Origin: Escherichia coli | Lineage (GTDB): Bacteria; Pseudomonadota; Gammaproteobacteria; Enterobacterales; Enterobacteriaceae | DNA: 64,000 bases | Reading direction: 5' to 3' (one strand) | Assembly: GCF_050920415.1 (NCBI RefSeq) | Contig: NZ_CP169309.1 | Shown: positions 42,401 to 52,955 of the stretch, piece by piece | Numbering within the stretch: position 1 is the stretch's first letter | Layout: each line of letters opens with the position of its first letter | Notes under the pieces: model-generated | Database searches by the model: none | Seen by the model: only the letters and a program-made list of their open reading frames with translations | What the model was told of the DNA's origin: nothing | Made by a program: the position numbers and the translations under genes

Positions 42401-43454
42401 CCATATTCAGACCATGCGTAGCAAAGGCCGTCCGGTGTTCCAGGCGGTGCGGGAAAACAGTGAAGATGCCCGCGAATGGCAAAGTGGCACCTTTGTCGCC
42501 CCGACGCTGATCGAACTGGATGATTTTGCCGAATTGCAAAAAGAGGTCTTTGGTCCGGTGCTGCATGTGGTGCGTTACAACCGTAACCAGTTGCCGGAAC
42601 TGATCGAACAGATTAACGCTTCCGGTTATGGTCTGACGCTTGGCGTCCATACGCGCATTGATGAAACCATTGCCCAGGTCACTGGCTCGGCCCATGTCGG
42701 TAATCTGTATGTTAACCGTAATATGGTGGGCGCAGTGGTTGGGGTGCAACCATTCGGCGGCGAAGGGTTGTCCGGCACCGGGCCGAAAGCAGGCGGCCCG
42801 CTCTATCTCTACCGTCTGCTGGCGAATCGCCCGGAAAGTGCGCTGGCGGTGACACTGGCGCGTCAGGATGCAGAGTATCCGGTCGATGCACAGTTGAAAG
42901 CCTCATTGACTCAGCCGCTAAATGCACTACGGGAATGGGCGGCAAACCGTCCAGAATTGCAGGCGTTATGTACGCAATATGGCGAGCTGGCGCAGGCAGG
43001 AACACAACGATTGCTGCCAGGGCCGACGGGTGAACGCAACACCTGGACGCTGCTGCCGCGTGAGCGCGTATTGTGTATCGCGGATGATGAACAGGATGCG
43101 CTGACTCAGCTCGCCGCCGTGCTGGCGGTGGGCAGCCAGGTACTGTGGCCGGATGACACGCTGCATCGTCAGTTAGTGAAGGCATTGCCATCGGCAGTCA
43201 GCGAACGTATTCAACTGGCGAAAGCGGAAAATATAACCGCTCAACCCTTTGATGCGGTGATCTTCCACGGTGATTCGGATCAGCTTCGCGCATTGTGTGA
43301 AGCCGTTGCCGCGCGGGATGGTGCAATTGTTTCAGTGCAGGGTTTTGCCCGTGGCGAAAGCAATATCCTGCTGGAACGGTTGTATATCGAGCGTTCGCTG
43401 AGCGTGAATACCGCTGCCGCTGGCGGTAACGCCAGTTTAATGACGATCGGTTAA
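39489..43454 (+). CDS. putA: bifunctional proline dehydrogenase / P5C dehydrogenase and repressor PutA
   Basis: ORF 39426..43454; start set at MGTTTMGVKLDD; ~1320 aa; recognised as PutA. Confidence 0.95.
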   Translation, partial: GMGTTTMGVKLDDATRERIKSAATRIDRTPHWLIKQAIFSYLEQLENSDTLPELPALLSGAANESDEVPNPAEEPHQPFLDFAEQILPQSVSRAAITAAYRRPETEAVSMLLEQARLPQPVAEQAHKLAYQLADKLRNQKNASGRAGMVQGLLQEFSLSSQEGVALMCLAEALLRIPDKATRDALIRDKISNGNWQSHIGRSPSLFVNAATWGLLFTGKLVSTHNEASLSRSLNRIIGKSGEPLIRKGVDMAMRLMGEQFVTGETIAEALANARKLEEKGFRYSYDMLGEAALTAADAQAYMVSYQQAIHAIGKASNGRGIYEGPGISIKLSALHPRYSRAQYDRVMEELYPRLKSLTLLARQYDIGINIDAEEADRLEISLDLLEKLCFEPELAGWNGIGFVIQAYQKRCPLVIDYLIDLATRSRRRLMIRLVKGAYWDSEIKRAQMDGLEGYPVYTRKVYTDVSYLACAKKLLAVPNLIYPQFATHNAHTLAAIYQLAGQNYYPGQYEFQCLHGMGEPLYEQVTGKVADGKLNRPCRIYAPVGTHETLLAYLVRRLLENGANTSFVNRIADTSLPLDELVADPVTAVEKLAQQEGQTGLPHPKIPLPRDLYGHGRDNSAGLDLANEHRLASLSSALLNSALQKWQALPMLEQPVAAGEMSPVINPAEPKDIVGYVREATPREVEQALESAVNNAPIWFATPPAERAAILHRAAVLMESQMQQLIGILVREAGKTFSNAIAEVREAVDFLHYYAGQVRDDFANETHRPLGPVVCISPWNFPLAIFTGQIAAALAAGNSVLAKPAEQTPLIAAQGIAILLEAGVPPGVVQLLPGQGETVGAQLTGDDRVRGVMFTGSTEVATLLQRNIASRLDAQGRPIPLIAETGGMNAMIVDSSALTEQVVVDVLASAFDSAGQRCSALRVLCLQDEIADHTLKMLRGAMAECRMGNPGRLTTDIGPVIDGEAKTNIERHIQTMRSKGRPVFQAVRENSEDAREWQSGTFVAPTLIELDDFAELQKEVFGPVLHVVRYNRNQLPELIEQINASGYGLTLGVHTRIDETIAQVTGSAHVGNLYVNRNMVGAVVGVQPFGGEGLSGTGPKAGGPLYLYRLLANRPESALAVTLARQDAEYPVDAQLKASLTQPLNALREWAANRPELQALCTQYGELAQAGTQRLLPGPTGERNTWTLLPRERVLCIADDEQDALTQLAAVLAVGSQVLWPDDTLHRQLVKALPSAVSERIQLAKAENITAQPFDAVIFHGDSDQLRALCEAVAARDGAIVSVQGFARGESNILLERLYIERSLSVNTAAAGGNASLMTIG

Positions 43455-43460
43455 ATAGGT

Positions 43461-43490
43461 AGCCGGAGGATGTTACAACCTCCTCCGGCA
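43461..43490. terminator. bidirectional hairpin between convergent putA and rutR
   Basis: gccggagga ... cctccggc inverted repeat. Confidence 0.5.
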
Positions 43491-43493
43491 TCA

Positions 43494-44132
43494 TTAACGT
43501 GGTCGAATCCCCTCAAGAATAATCCGCTGCACGTTTTCAACCGTTTGATTGAAAAACACTTCATCGCGCAACGTGGCACCTGTCACCGCCTCCACCTGAG
43601 GGGCGAAATCGGCGTAATGTTGAGTGGAAGCCCAGATCATAAAAATCAAATGCTGCGGATCAATCGGCGCGAGTTTGCCGCTTTTAACCCAACCGGCAAT
43701 CAGCGCCGATTTCTCATCAATTAACGTTTTCAAATCGCCCGTTAGCTCATCCATTAATAACGGTGCGCCTGCCAGCATCTCCATACAGAACAGGCGCGAA
43801 GCCTGCGGATAATCGCGGGAGACTTCCAGCTTCAGACGGATGTACTCTTTAATCGCTGCCAGTGGGGCGAAATCTTCACGAAACGCCTTCAATGGTGCCA
43901 ACCAGATATCCAGAATTTGTCGCAGCACGGCAATATACAGCGCCTCTTTAGACGGGAAGTAATACAGCAGGTTGGTTTTTGAAACGCCTGCCAACTCTGC
44001 GATCTGCTCCAGCCTTGTGCCGTGAAAACCGAATTGTGAAAAAGTGTCCAGTGCTGCGCTAAGAATCGCTTTTTTCTTCGCGCTTACTGCGCGCGAACGC
44101 TTACCCGTTGTTTTCACTGCGCCTTGCGTCAT
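43494..44132 (-). CDS. rutR: TetR-family regulator RutR
   Basis: ORF 43494..44159; start set at MTQGAVKTT to give 212 aa; N-terminal TetR HTH. Confidence 0.9.
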   Translation of the reverse strand: MTQGAVKTTGKRSRAVSAKKKAILSAALDTFSQFGFHGTRLEQIAELAGVSKTNLLYYFPSKEALYIAVLRQILDIWLAPLKAFREDFAPLAAIKEYIRLKLEVSRDYPQASRLFCMEMLAGAPLLMDELTGDLKTLIDEKSALIAGWVKSGKLAPIDPQHLIFMIWASTQHYADFAPQVEAVTGATLRDEVFFNQTVENVQRIILEGIRPR

Positions 44133-44238
44133 GCGCTCTCCCCTCTTGTTGATTGGCAACAGGATAGCAAAACCCCCGCCCGGCCTCGACCTTCTGCACT
44201 CTCATCGCGCACGAATGCATGTTTTATGTGCAACTGTT

Positions 44239-44254
44239 TTGACCGTTTAGTCCA
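44239..44254. promoter_or_regulatory. possible RutR box
   Basis: TTGACCGTTTAGTCCA partially matches the palindromic TTGACCAnnTGGTCAA. Confidence 0.35.
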
Positions 44255-44317
44255 CTTTTTTCCAGGCATTTTAGACAACTTAGCATTAACACATTAATAA
44301 CATTCACTTTTTAAAAA

Positions 44318-44334
44318 CTGGCATCCGCTTTGCA
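44318..44334 (+). promoter_or_regulatory. sigma54 (-24/-12) promoter of the rut operon
   Basis: cTGGCATccgctTTGCAa fits TGGCAC-N5-TTGCA, ~30 nt upstream of the rutA start. Confidence 0.7.
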
Positions 44335-44362
44335 AACAAGCCATTACGCGGCTGAAAAGGAT

Positions 44363-46203
<1,841 letters not shown>

Positions 46204-46214
46204 GGAGTTTAATG

Positions 46215-46601
46215 ATGCCGAAATCCGTAATTATTCCTGCTGGCAGCAGCGCACCGCTGGCCCCCTTCGTTCCCGGCACGATGGCTGATGGCGTGGTGTA
46301 TGTCTCCGGCACGCTGGCTTTTGATCAACATAACAACGTGCTGTTTGCCGATGACCCAAAGGCGCAAACCCGCCACGTGCTGGAGACAATTCGCAAGGTT
46401 ATCGAAACTGCGGGTGGCACGATGGCGGACGTGACCTTCAACAGCATCTTTATTACCGACTGGAAAAATTACGCCGCGATTAACGAAATCTACGCCGAGT
46501 TTTTCCCGGGTGACAAACCGGCGCGATTCTGCATTCAGTGCGGACTGGTAAAGCCTGACGCGCTGGTGGAAATCGCCACGATTGCGCATATCGCTAAGTG
46601 A
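46215..46601 (+). CDS. rutC: aminoacrylate deaminase RutC (RidA family)
   Basis: ORF 46212..46601; 128 aa from MPKSVIIP. Confidence 0.9.
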   Translation: MPKSVIIPAGSSAPLAPFVPGTMADGVVYVSGTLAFDQHNNVLFADDPKAQTRHVLETIRKVIETAGGTMADVTFNSIFITDWKNYAAINEIYAEFFPGDKPARFCIQCGLVKPDALVEIATIAHIAK

Positions 46602-46608
46602 GGTGGCG

Positions 46609-47409
46609 ATGAAACTTTCACTCTCACCTCCCCCTTATGCTGATGCGCCCGTAGTGGTATTGATTTCGGGTCTTGGCGGCAGCGGCAATTACTGGTTGCC
46701 GCAACTGGCGGTGCTGGAGCAGGAGTATCAGGTAGTCTGTTACGACCAGCGCGGTACCGGAAATAATCCAGATACGCTGGCGGAAGACTACAGTTTGGCG
46801 CAGATGGCAGAGGAACTGCATCAGGCGCTGATGAGTGTGGGGATTGAGCGTTATGCGGTGATCGGCCATGCGCTCGGGGCGCTGGTGGGAATGCAGCTGG
46901 CGCTAGATTATCCCGCATCGGTCACTGCACTGGTCAGCGTTAACGGCTGGCTACGAATAAACGCCCATACCCGCCGCTGTTTTCAGGTTCGCGAACGATT
47001 ACTGCATAGCGGCGGCGCGCAGGCATGGGTGGAAGCGCAGCCGTTGTTCCTCTACCCCGCCGACTGGATGGCGGCCCGCGCCCCTCGCCTTGAAGCGGAG
47101 GACGCGCTGGCACTGGCGCATTTTCAGGGCAAAAACAATTTACTGCGTCGACTTAACGCCCTCAAACGTGCTGACTTTAGTCGCCATACGGATCGCATCC
47201 GCTGCCCGGTGCAAATCATCTGCGCCAGTGATGATCTGCTCGTGCCATCAGCATGTTCCAGTGAACTTCATGCCGCCCTGCCCGATAGCCAGAAAATGGT
47301 GATGCGCTATGGCGGACACGCCTGCAACGTGACTGATCCCGAAACGTTTAATGCTCTGTTACTCAACGGGCTTGCCAGCCTGTTATATCACCGTGAAGCC
47401 GCCCTGTAA
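46609..47409 (+). CDS. rutD: alpha/beta hydrolase RutD
   Basis: ORF 46582..47409; start set at [10 protein letters not shown] to give 266 aa. Confidence 0.9.
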   Translation: MKLSLSPPPYADAPVVVLISGLGGSGNYWLPQLAVLEQEYQVVCYDQRGTGNNPDTLAEDYSLAQMAEELHQALMSVGIERYAVIGHALGALVGMQLALDYPASVTALVSVNGWLRINAHTRRCFQVRERLLHSGGAQAWVEAQPLFLYPADWMAARAPRLEAEDALALAHFQGKNNLLRRLNALKRADFSRHTDRIRCPVQIICASDDLLVPSACSSELHAALPDSQKMVMRYGGHACNVTDPETFNALLLNGLASLLYHREAAL

Positions 47410-47418
47410 GGAATTGCT

Positions 47419-48009
47419 ATGAACGAAGCCGTTAGCCCTGGTGCGCTTAGCACCCTGTTCACCGATGCCCGCACTCACAACGGCTGGCGAGAGACACCCG
47501 TCAGCGATGAGACATTACGGGAGATTTATGCCCTGATGAAATGGGGGCCGACATCAGCTAACTGTTCTCCGGCACGGATCGTGTTTATCCGCACTGCAGA
47601 AGGAAAAGAACGTCTGCGCCCGGCGCTTTCCAGCGGCAATCTGCAAAAAACCCTGACCGCGCCCGTCACCGCGATCGTCGCCTGGGACAGTGAATTTTAT
47701 GAACGGTTACCACAGCTGTTTCCTCACGGCGATGCCCGCAGTTGGTTTACCTCCAGCCCACAACTTGCCGAAGAAACAGCGTTTCGCAACAGTTCCATGC
47801 AGGCGGCCTATCTGATCGTCGCCTGCCGGGCGCTGGGGCTGGATACCGGCCCGATGTCAGGCTTTGACCGTCAACACGTGGACGACGCCTTTTTTACGGG
47901 CAGCACGCTGAAGAGCAATCTGCTGATTAATATCGGCTATGGCGATAGCAGCAAGCTTTATGCGCGCCTGCCACGTCTGTCCTTTGAAGAAGCCTGCGGG
48001 CTGTTGTAA
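47419..48009 (+). CDS. rutE: nitroreductase-like malonic semialdehyde reductase RutE
   Basis: 196 aa ORF; recognised as RutE. Confidence 0.9.
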   Translation: MNEAVSPGALSTLFTDARTHNGWRETPVSDETLREIYALMKWGPTSANCSPARIVFIRTAEGKERLRPALSSGNLQKTLTAPVTAIVAWDSEFYERLPQLFPHGDARSWFTSSPQLAEETAFRNSSMQAAYLIVACRALGLDTGPMSGFDRQHVDDAFFTGSTLKSNLLINIGYGDSSKLYARLPRLSFEEACGLL

Positions 48010-48019
48010 GGAGCAAACT

Positions 48020-48514
48020 ATGAACATTGTCGATCAACAAACTTTTCGCGATGCGATGTCCTGCATGGGCGCGGCGGTCAATATCATCACCACGGACGGT
48101 CCCGCCGGGCGTGCTGGCTTCACCGCCAGCGCCGTCTGTAGCGTAACCGACACACCGCCCACATTACTGGTGTGCCTGAATCGTGGGGCGTCCGTCTGGC
48201 CGGTATTCAATGAAAATCGAACGCTGTGTGTAAATACACTTAGCGCCGGGCAGGAGCCGCTTTCAAACCTTTTTGGCGGCAAAACGCCCATGGAACACCG
48301 CTTTGCCGCCGCCCGCTGGCAGACTGGTGTGACCGGATGCCCGCAACTGGAAGAAGCACTGGTTTCATTTGACTGCCGCATCAGCCAGGTGGTGAGCGTC
48401 GGCACCCACGACATCCTGTTTTGCGCCATCGAAGCGATTCATCGTCACGCCACCCCCTACGGGCTGGTGTGGTTTGATCGCAGTTATCACGCGCTGATGC
48501 GCCCTGCTTGTTAA
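48020..48514 (+). CDS. rutF: flavin reductase RutF
   Basis: ORF 47939..48514; start set at MNIVDQQTF to give 164 aa, 10 nt after the rutE stop. Confidence 0.9.
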
Positions 48515-48534
48515 CCTCCTTAAGGAGACAGCTG

Positions 48535-49863
48535 ATGGCAATGTTCGGTTTTCCTCACTGGCAGTTAAAATCGACCTCTACAGAGAGCGGCGTGGTCGCG
48601 CCGGATGAACGATTGCCGTTTGCTCAGACGGCAATAATGGGCGTTCAACACGCGGTGGCAATGTTTGGCGCGACAGTGTTAATGCCGATTCTGATGGGGC
48701 TGGATCCCAATCTTTCCATTTTGATGTCGGGGATCGGCACGTTACTGTTTTTCTTTATTACCGGCGGGCGCGTCCCCAGTTATCTCGGTTCCAGCGCGGC
48801 TTTTGTCGGCGTGGTGATCGCCGCGACGGGCTTTAATGGTCAGGGAATTAATCCGAATATCAGCATCGCGCTGGGCGGGATTATCGCCTGTGGGCTGGTT
48901 TATACCGTCATTGGCCTGGTGGTGATGAAAATCGGTACGCGCTGGATTGAACGACTAATGCCGCCGGTTGTGACGGGTGCGGTGGTGATGGCGATTGGCC
49001 TGAACTTAGCGCCTATCGCGGTGAAAAGTGTATCGGCTTCGGCCTTTGATAGTTGGATGGCGGTAATGACGGTGCTGTGTATTGGGCTGGTGGCGGTGTT
49101 TACCCGTGGCATGATCCAGCGATTATTGATTCTCGTAGGATTAATTGTCGCCTGTCTGCTGTATGGCGTGATGACCAACGTTTTAGGGCTGGGAAAAGCC
49201 GTCGATTTTACTCTCGTCAGCCATGCTGCCTGGTTCGGTCTGCCACATTTTTCCACTCCTGCTTTTAATGGTCAGGCAATGATGCTGATTGCGCCCGTGG
49301 CGGTTATTCTGGTGGCGGAAAACTTAGGTCATCTGAAGGCGGTAGCCGGGATGACCGGACGCAATATGGATCCATATATGGGGCGGGCATTCGTAGGCGA
49401 TGGGCTGGCAACAATGCTTTCGGGTTCTGTCGGCGGTAGCGGCGTAACCACCTATGCTGAAAATATCGGTGTGATGGCCGTGACCAAAGTCTACTCGACG
49501 CTGGTGTTTGTTGCTGCCGCCGTCATCGCCATGCTGTTGGGCTTTTCGCCGAAATTTGGCGCACTAATCCATACCATTCCGGCACCGGTGATTGGTGGTG
49601 CGTCAATTGTTGTGTTCGGGTTAATTGCCGTCGCAGGCGCGCGGATCTGGGTACAAAATCGTGTGGATTTAAGTCAGAACGGTAATTTGATTATGGTCGC
49701 AGTAACCTTAGTGCTGGGTGCTGGTGATTTTGCTCTCACGCTGGGCGGTTTTACGTTGGGAGGGATCGGTACAGCAACCTTTGGCGCGATTTTACTCAAT
49801 GCGTTGTTGAGCAGAAGGTTGGTTGACGTTCCTCCGCCAGAAGTTGTTCATCAGGAACCATAA
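48535..49863 (+). CDS. rutG: pyrimidine permease RutG (NCS2 family)
   Basis: ORF 48508..49863; start set at MAMFGFPHW to give 442 aa; multi-pass. Confidence 0.9.
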   Translation: MAMFGFPHWQLKSTSTESGVVAPDERLPFAQTAIMGVQHAVAMFGATVLMPILMGLDPNLSILMSGIGTLLFFFITGGRVPSYLGSSAAFVGVVIAATGFNGQGINPNISIALGGIIACGLVYTVIGLVVMKIGTRWIERLMPPVVTGAVVMAIGLNLAPIAVKSVSASAFDSWMAVMTVLCIGLVAVFTRGMIQRLLILVGLIVACLLYGVMTNVLGLGKAVDFTLVSHAAWFGLPHFSTPAFNGQAMMLIAPVAVILVAENLGHLKAVAGMTGRNMDPYMGRAFVGDGLATMLSGSVGGSGVTTYAENIGVMAVTKVYSTLVFVAAAVIAMLLGFSPKFGALIHTIPAPVIGGASIVVFGLIAVAGARIWVQNRVDLSQNGNLIMVAVTLVLGAGDFALTLGGFTLGGIGTATFGAILLNALLSRRLVDVPPPEVVHQEP

Positions 49864-49867
49864 ACAG

Positions 49868-49892
49868 AAAACCGCCGGGATTACCGGCGGTG
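49868..49892 (+). terminator. hairpin after rutG
   Basis: ccgccgg gatta ccggcgg stem-loop starting 5 nt after the rutG stop. Confidence 0.45.
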
Positions 49893-49920
49893 CAGATTGT
49901 TGACAACGTGCGCATTGTTC

Positions 49921-50022
49921 ATGCCGGATGCGGCGTGAACGCCTTATCCGGCCTACAAAACAGTGCAAATTCAATATATTGCAATCTTCTGGTAGGCCTG
50001 ATAAGCATCGCGCATCAGGCAA
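49921..50022. repeat. REP pair (BIME) between rutG and ymdF
   Basis: gccggatgcggcgtgaacgccttatccggcctac and inverted gtaggcctgataagcatcgcgcatcaggca. Confidence 0.75.
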
Positions 50023-50120
50023 GCTTACATTTGTCATCAGTATCAACCGCCGGGGTAACCGGCGGTGATGGCTTTTTGACGAGCGACAGACAAAAATGCA
50101 TGCGTCATTGATTAGCCCGG

Positions 50121-50294
50121 CTAGTTGTCGCTTTTACCGTGACTGCTCTTGCCACCTTTTTTACCTGCTTCAGATGCGCGCTGCGGGTCATTTTTGAAAT
50201 TACCCCCGCTGTGCTGTCCACCTTTTTTACCTGCTTCTGATGCTCTTTCGCGGTCTTCTGCAAAATTGCCGGAACCGCCTCGATGGTTTGCCAT
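50121..50294 (-). CDS. ymdF: KGG-repeat stress-induced protein YmdF
   Basis: ORF 50121..50324; start set at MANHRGGSG to give 57 aa; repeated EAGKKGG motifs. Confidence 0.8.
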   Translation of the reverse strand: MANHRGGSGNFAEDRERASEAGKKGGQHSGGNFKNDPQRASEAGKKGGKSSHGKSDN

Positions 50295-50648
50295 TACTGA
50301 CCTCCGTCTGGGTATAGACATCATATTGCATAGAATTAACGCGGCGTATGGCGGCTGCCATATTTTCGCTACGTGGGACTAAGCTTAGTGAACTGACGCG
50401 GGCAGACCCGCGTTTGGTAATATCCTGCAACAGCTTCTTAGCGAGAATAGATATCATCTCCAATAATTATCTATAAGCCGCTCTTATGATTAAAAAAACG
50501 CGATGAGATAAAAATGTGTCATTTTGCGACAAAATTGCGTGCTTGTGAAAGTTGTTATAAATCAAATAAGTGGTTGTGAAATTTGCACTCTGAAAAGGAC
50601 GTCTTATCTTTAAATAAGTGGTAGCGAATCGCTACGGAATAGAGATAA

Positions 50649-51263
<615 letters not shown>

Positions 51264-51283
51264 TCTTCAACAGGAGGATACGC

Positions 51284-51511
51284 ATGCCAACTCAAGAAGC
51301 GAAAGCTCATCACGTCGGTGAATGGGCATCTCTGCGCAATACGTCGCCGGAAATAGCCGAGGCCATTTTCGAAGTCGCCGGGTACGACGAAAAAATGGCG
51401 GAAAAGATTTGGGAAGAAGGTAGCGATGAAGTGTTAGTCAAAGCCTTTGCTAAGACCGATAAAGATTCGCTTTTTTGGGGCGAACAGACCATCGAACGTA
51501 AAAACGTTTAA
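51284..51511 (+). CDS. yccJ: small protein YccJ
   Basis: 75 aa ORF, 20 nt after wrbA; recognised as YccJ. Confidence 0.9.
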
Positions 51512-51518
51512 TCCTGAA

Positions 51519-51547
51519 CCTCCCCCGTGGTGAACGGGGGAGTTTTC
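51519..51547. terminator. intrinsic terminator after yccJ
   Basis: ctcccccgt ggtgaa acgggggag stem-loop followed by TTTTCG. Confidence 0.65.
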
Positions 51548-51888
51548 GATTATTCATTGACCAACGTCTCATGCCCTGTTATTACTGTGAGATATTCAAT
51601 CACGTTATCAAATAAAAAAATCGATATCATTGCGGTAAGCTTGTTATTGATTATAAATATGGGTAATAAGCGATATCCAGCATGAATTTGATTGTACAGA
51701 GTATTTCCTATATAGCCATTGGTTAAATCTTGAAGATAAGATACCTCCGGCTGAAAAATCCATCCCGGCAATGAAGGATGTGATATTTTCGTAATTCTCT
51801 TGCAGAATAAACAACCCTGGATACGCTCTGAATACAAGGAAATTTTCCAATAAATTATTTATTCATCAATACTCCCCGGCGAGGATCA

Positions 51889-52407
51889 TCAAAATATCTC
51901 ATTATCTTTTAAAACTGCCCAGCCCGTTATAACGGACGTTATCTGGCGCACGCTGAAGTGGGCATGATACTCACTTTCATTAAAATGCTCGACATGATTT
52001 GCTAATCGCTTAGCTAGATAATTGACGTTCAGTCTGTGCCAAATTTTTAGCGAAAAATAGCAAATTTCAAGCCGGGAATTTATCAAAGCATCCTCATTTA
52101 CTTCACCATGAACAATAAAGTCACGCATAAACTGCAGGTGTTTAATTAATAAAATCCATTCACTTTCAGTAAGATAGTTTTTCCCACGCAGATTATAATA
52201 CAGAGATTTGATTAATGGGATCTTCTGCTTATGGCGCTTTGACCGCGCTGAGCACAATATTTGTTCTATCAGGCCAAGCGTCCCTTTCTGACGCAACCAG
52301 CACCGGAGTTCAGACTGCGCGCTAATGCCGCGAGCCACCGACAAATGTATTTGGGTAAGCAATGCGTATAAACCTAATAAAAACGCGTCGTGATAATACC
52401 GCTTCAT
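51889..52407 (-). CDS. hypothetical protein, 172 aa, downstream gene of an AT-rich two-gene islet; no family recognised
   Basis: ORF-track ORF; start preceded by aaggtgg 3 nt upstream and only 12 nt after the stop of the upstream ORF. Confidence 0.55.
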   Translation of the reverse strand: MKRYYHDAFLLGLYALLTQIHLSVARGISAQSELRCWLRQKGTLGLIEQILCSARSKRHKQKIPLIKSLYYNLRGKNYLTESEWILLIKHLQFMRDFIVHGEVNEDALINSRLEICYFSLKIWHRLNVNYLAKRLANHVEHFNESEYHAHFSVRQITSVITGWAVLKDNEIF

Positions 52408-52419
52408 TACCCACCTTTG

Positions 52420-52788
52420 TTATCGTAATTTTTTAAACAAATAATCATATAAAATTTCGGCAATGAATTCTGCATGTTCACGTCGCACAATGACATTCAT
52501 AACGTAATATTGCGCAGCAATTTCATTGATAAAATGTTCAGGCAGTATGAATACGCGTGCATAAGCCGAGTATATTTCCAGTATTTCATTTGAGATGTTT
52601 TCAAGATCAACGCAATAATTTGTCACATCATAAAAAAGATTAGCGTATTTTTTATTAATTATGCTAAGGCATATAAATGGGGCATTTAATTTTTCACACA
52701 ATTGCCAGTGCGTTCTTTCATTTTCTCCCTTCCATGTATACTTCATTTTGTCAGCCATCCTTTGATTTACGCGTCTGAAGTTTACCAC
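52420..52788 (-). CDS. hypothetical protein, 108-122 aa depending on start, upstream gene of the AT-rich islet; no family recognised
   Basis: ORF-track ORF; alternative in-frame starts at 52758 (MADK..) and 52746 (MKYTWKG..) with aaagga upstream. Confidence 0.5.
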   Translation of the reverse strand: MVNFRRVNQRMADKMKYTWKGENERTHWQLCEKLNAPFICLSIINKKYANLFYDVTNYCVDLENISNEILEIYSAYARVFILPEHFINEIAAQYYVMNVIVRREHAEFIAEILYDYLFKKLR

Positions 52789-52955
52789 TGTGTCTGGGGT
52801 AAACCATGCGTTCTATGGTAAAAATTATACGAGATGTGGCGCTGCGTAATATTCTGCTCCCTCAATATATTTCTGGTGAATATGTTCCAGGTTAATTGGG
52901 AAGATCTGCATGTGATCTTCCCAATTTTATGACTACAAAATGTCAATAGCCGGGT

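Noticed and set aside
40557-43191. Several minus-strand ORFs (up to 241 aa) inside putA
   Set aside because: Antisense to the 1320-aa PutA frame; no independent support.
51550-51850. Two overlapping minus-strand ORFs (95 and 68 aa) at the yccJ-proximal end of the AT-rich islet
   Set aside because: No convincing SD for either start, the two overlap each other in different frames, and the region is AT-rich enough to yield chance ORFs; possibly a decayed remnant of the islet but not supportable as a gene.
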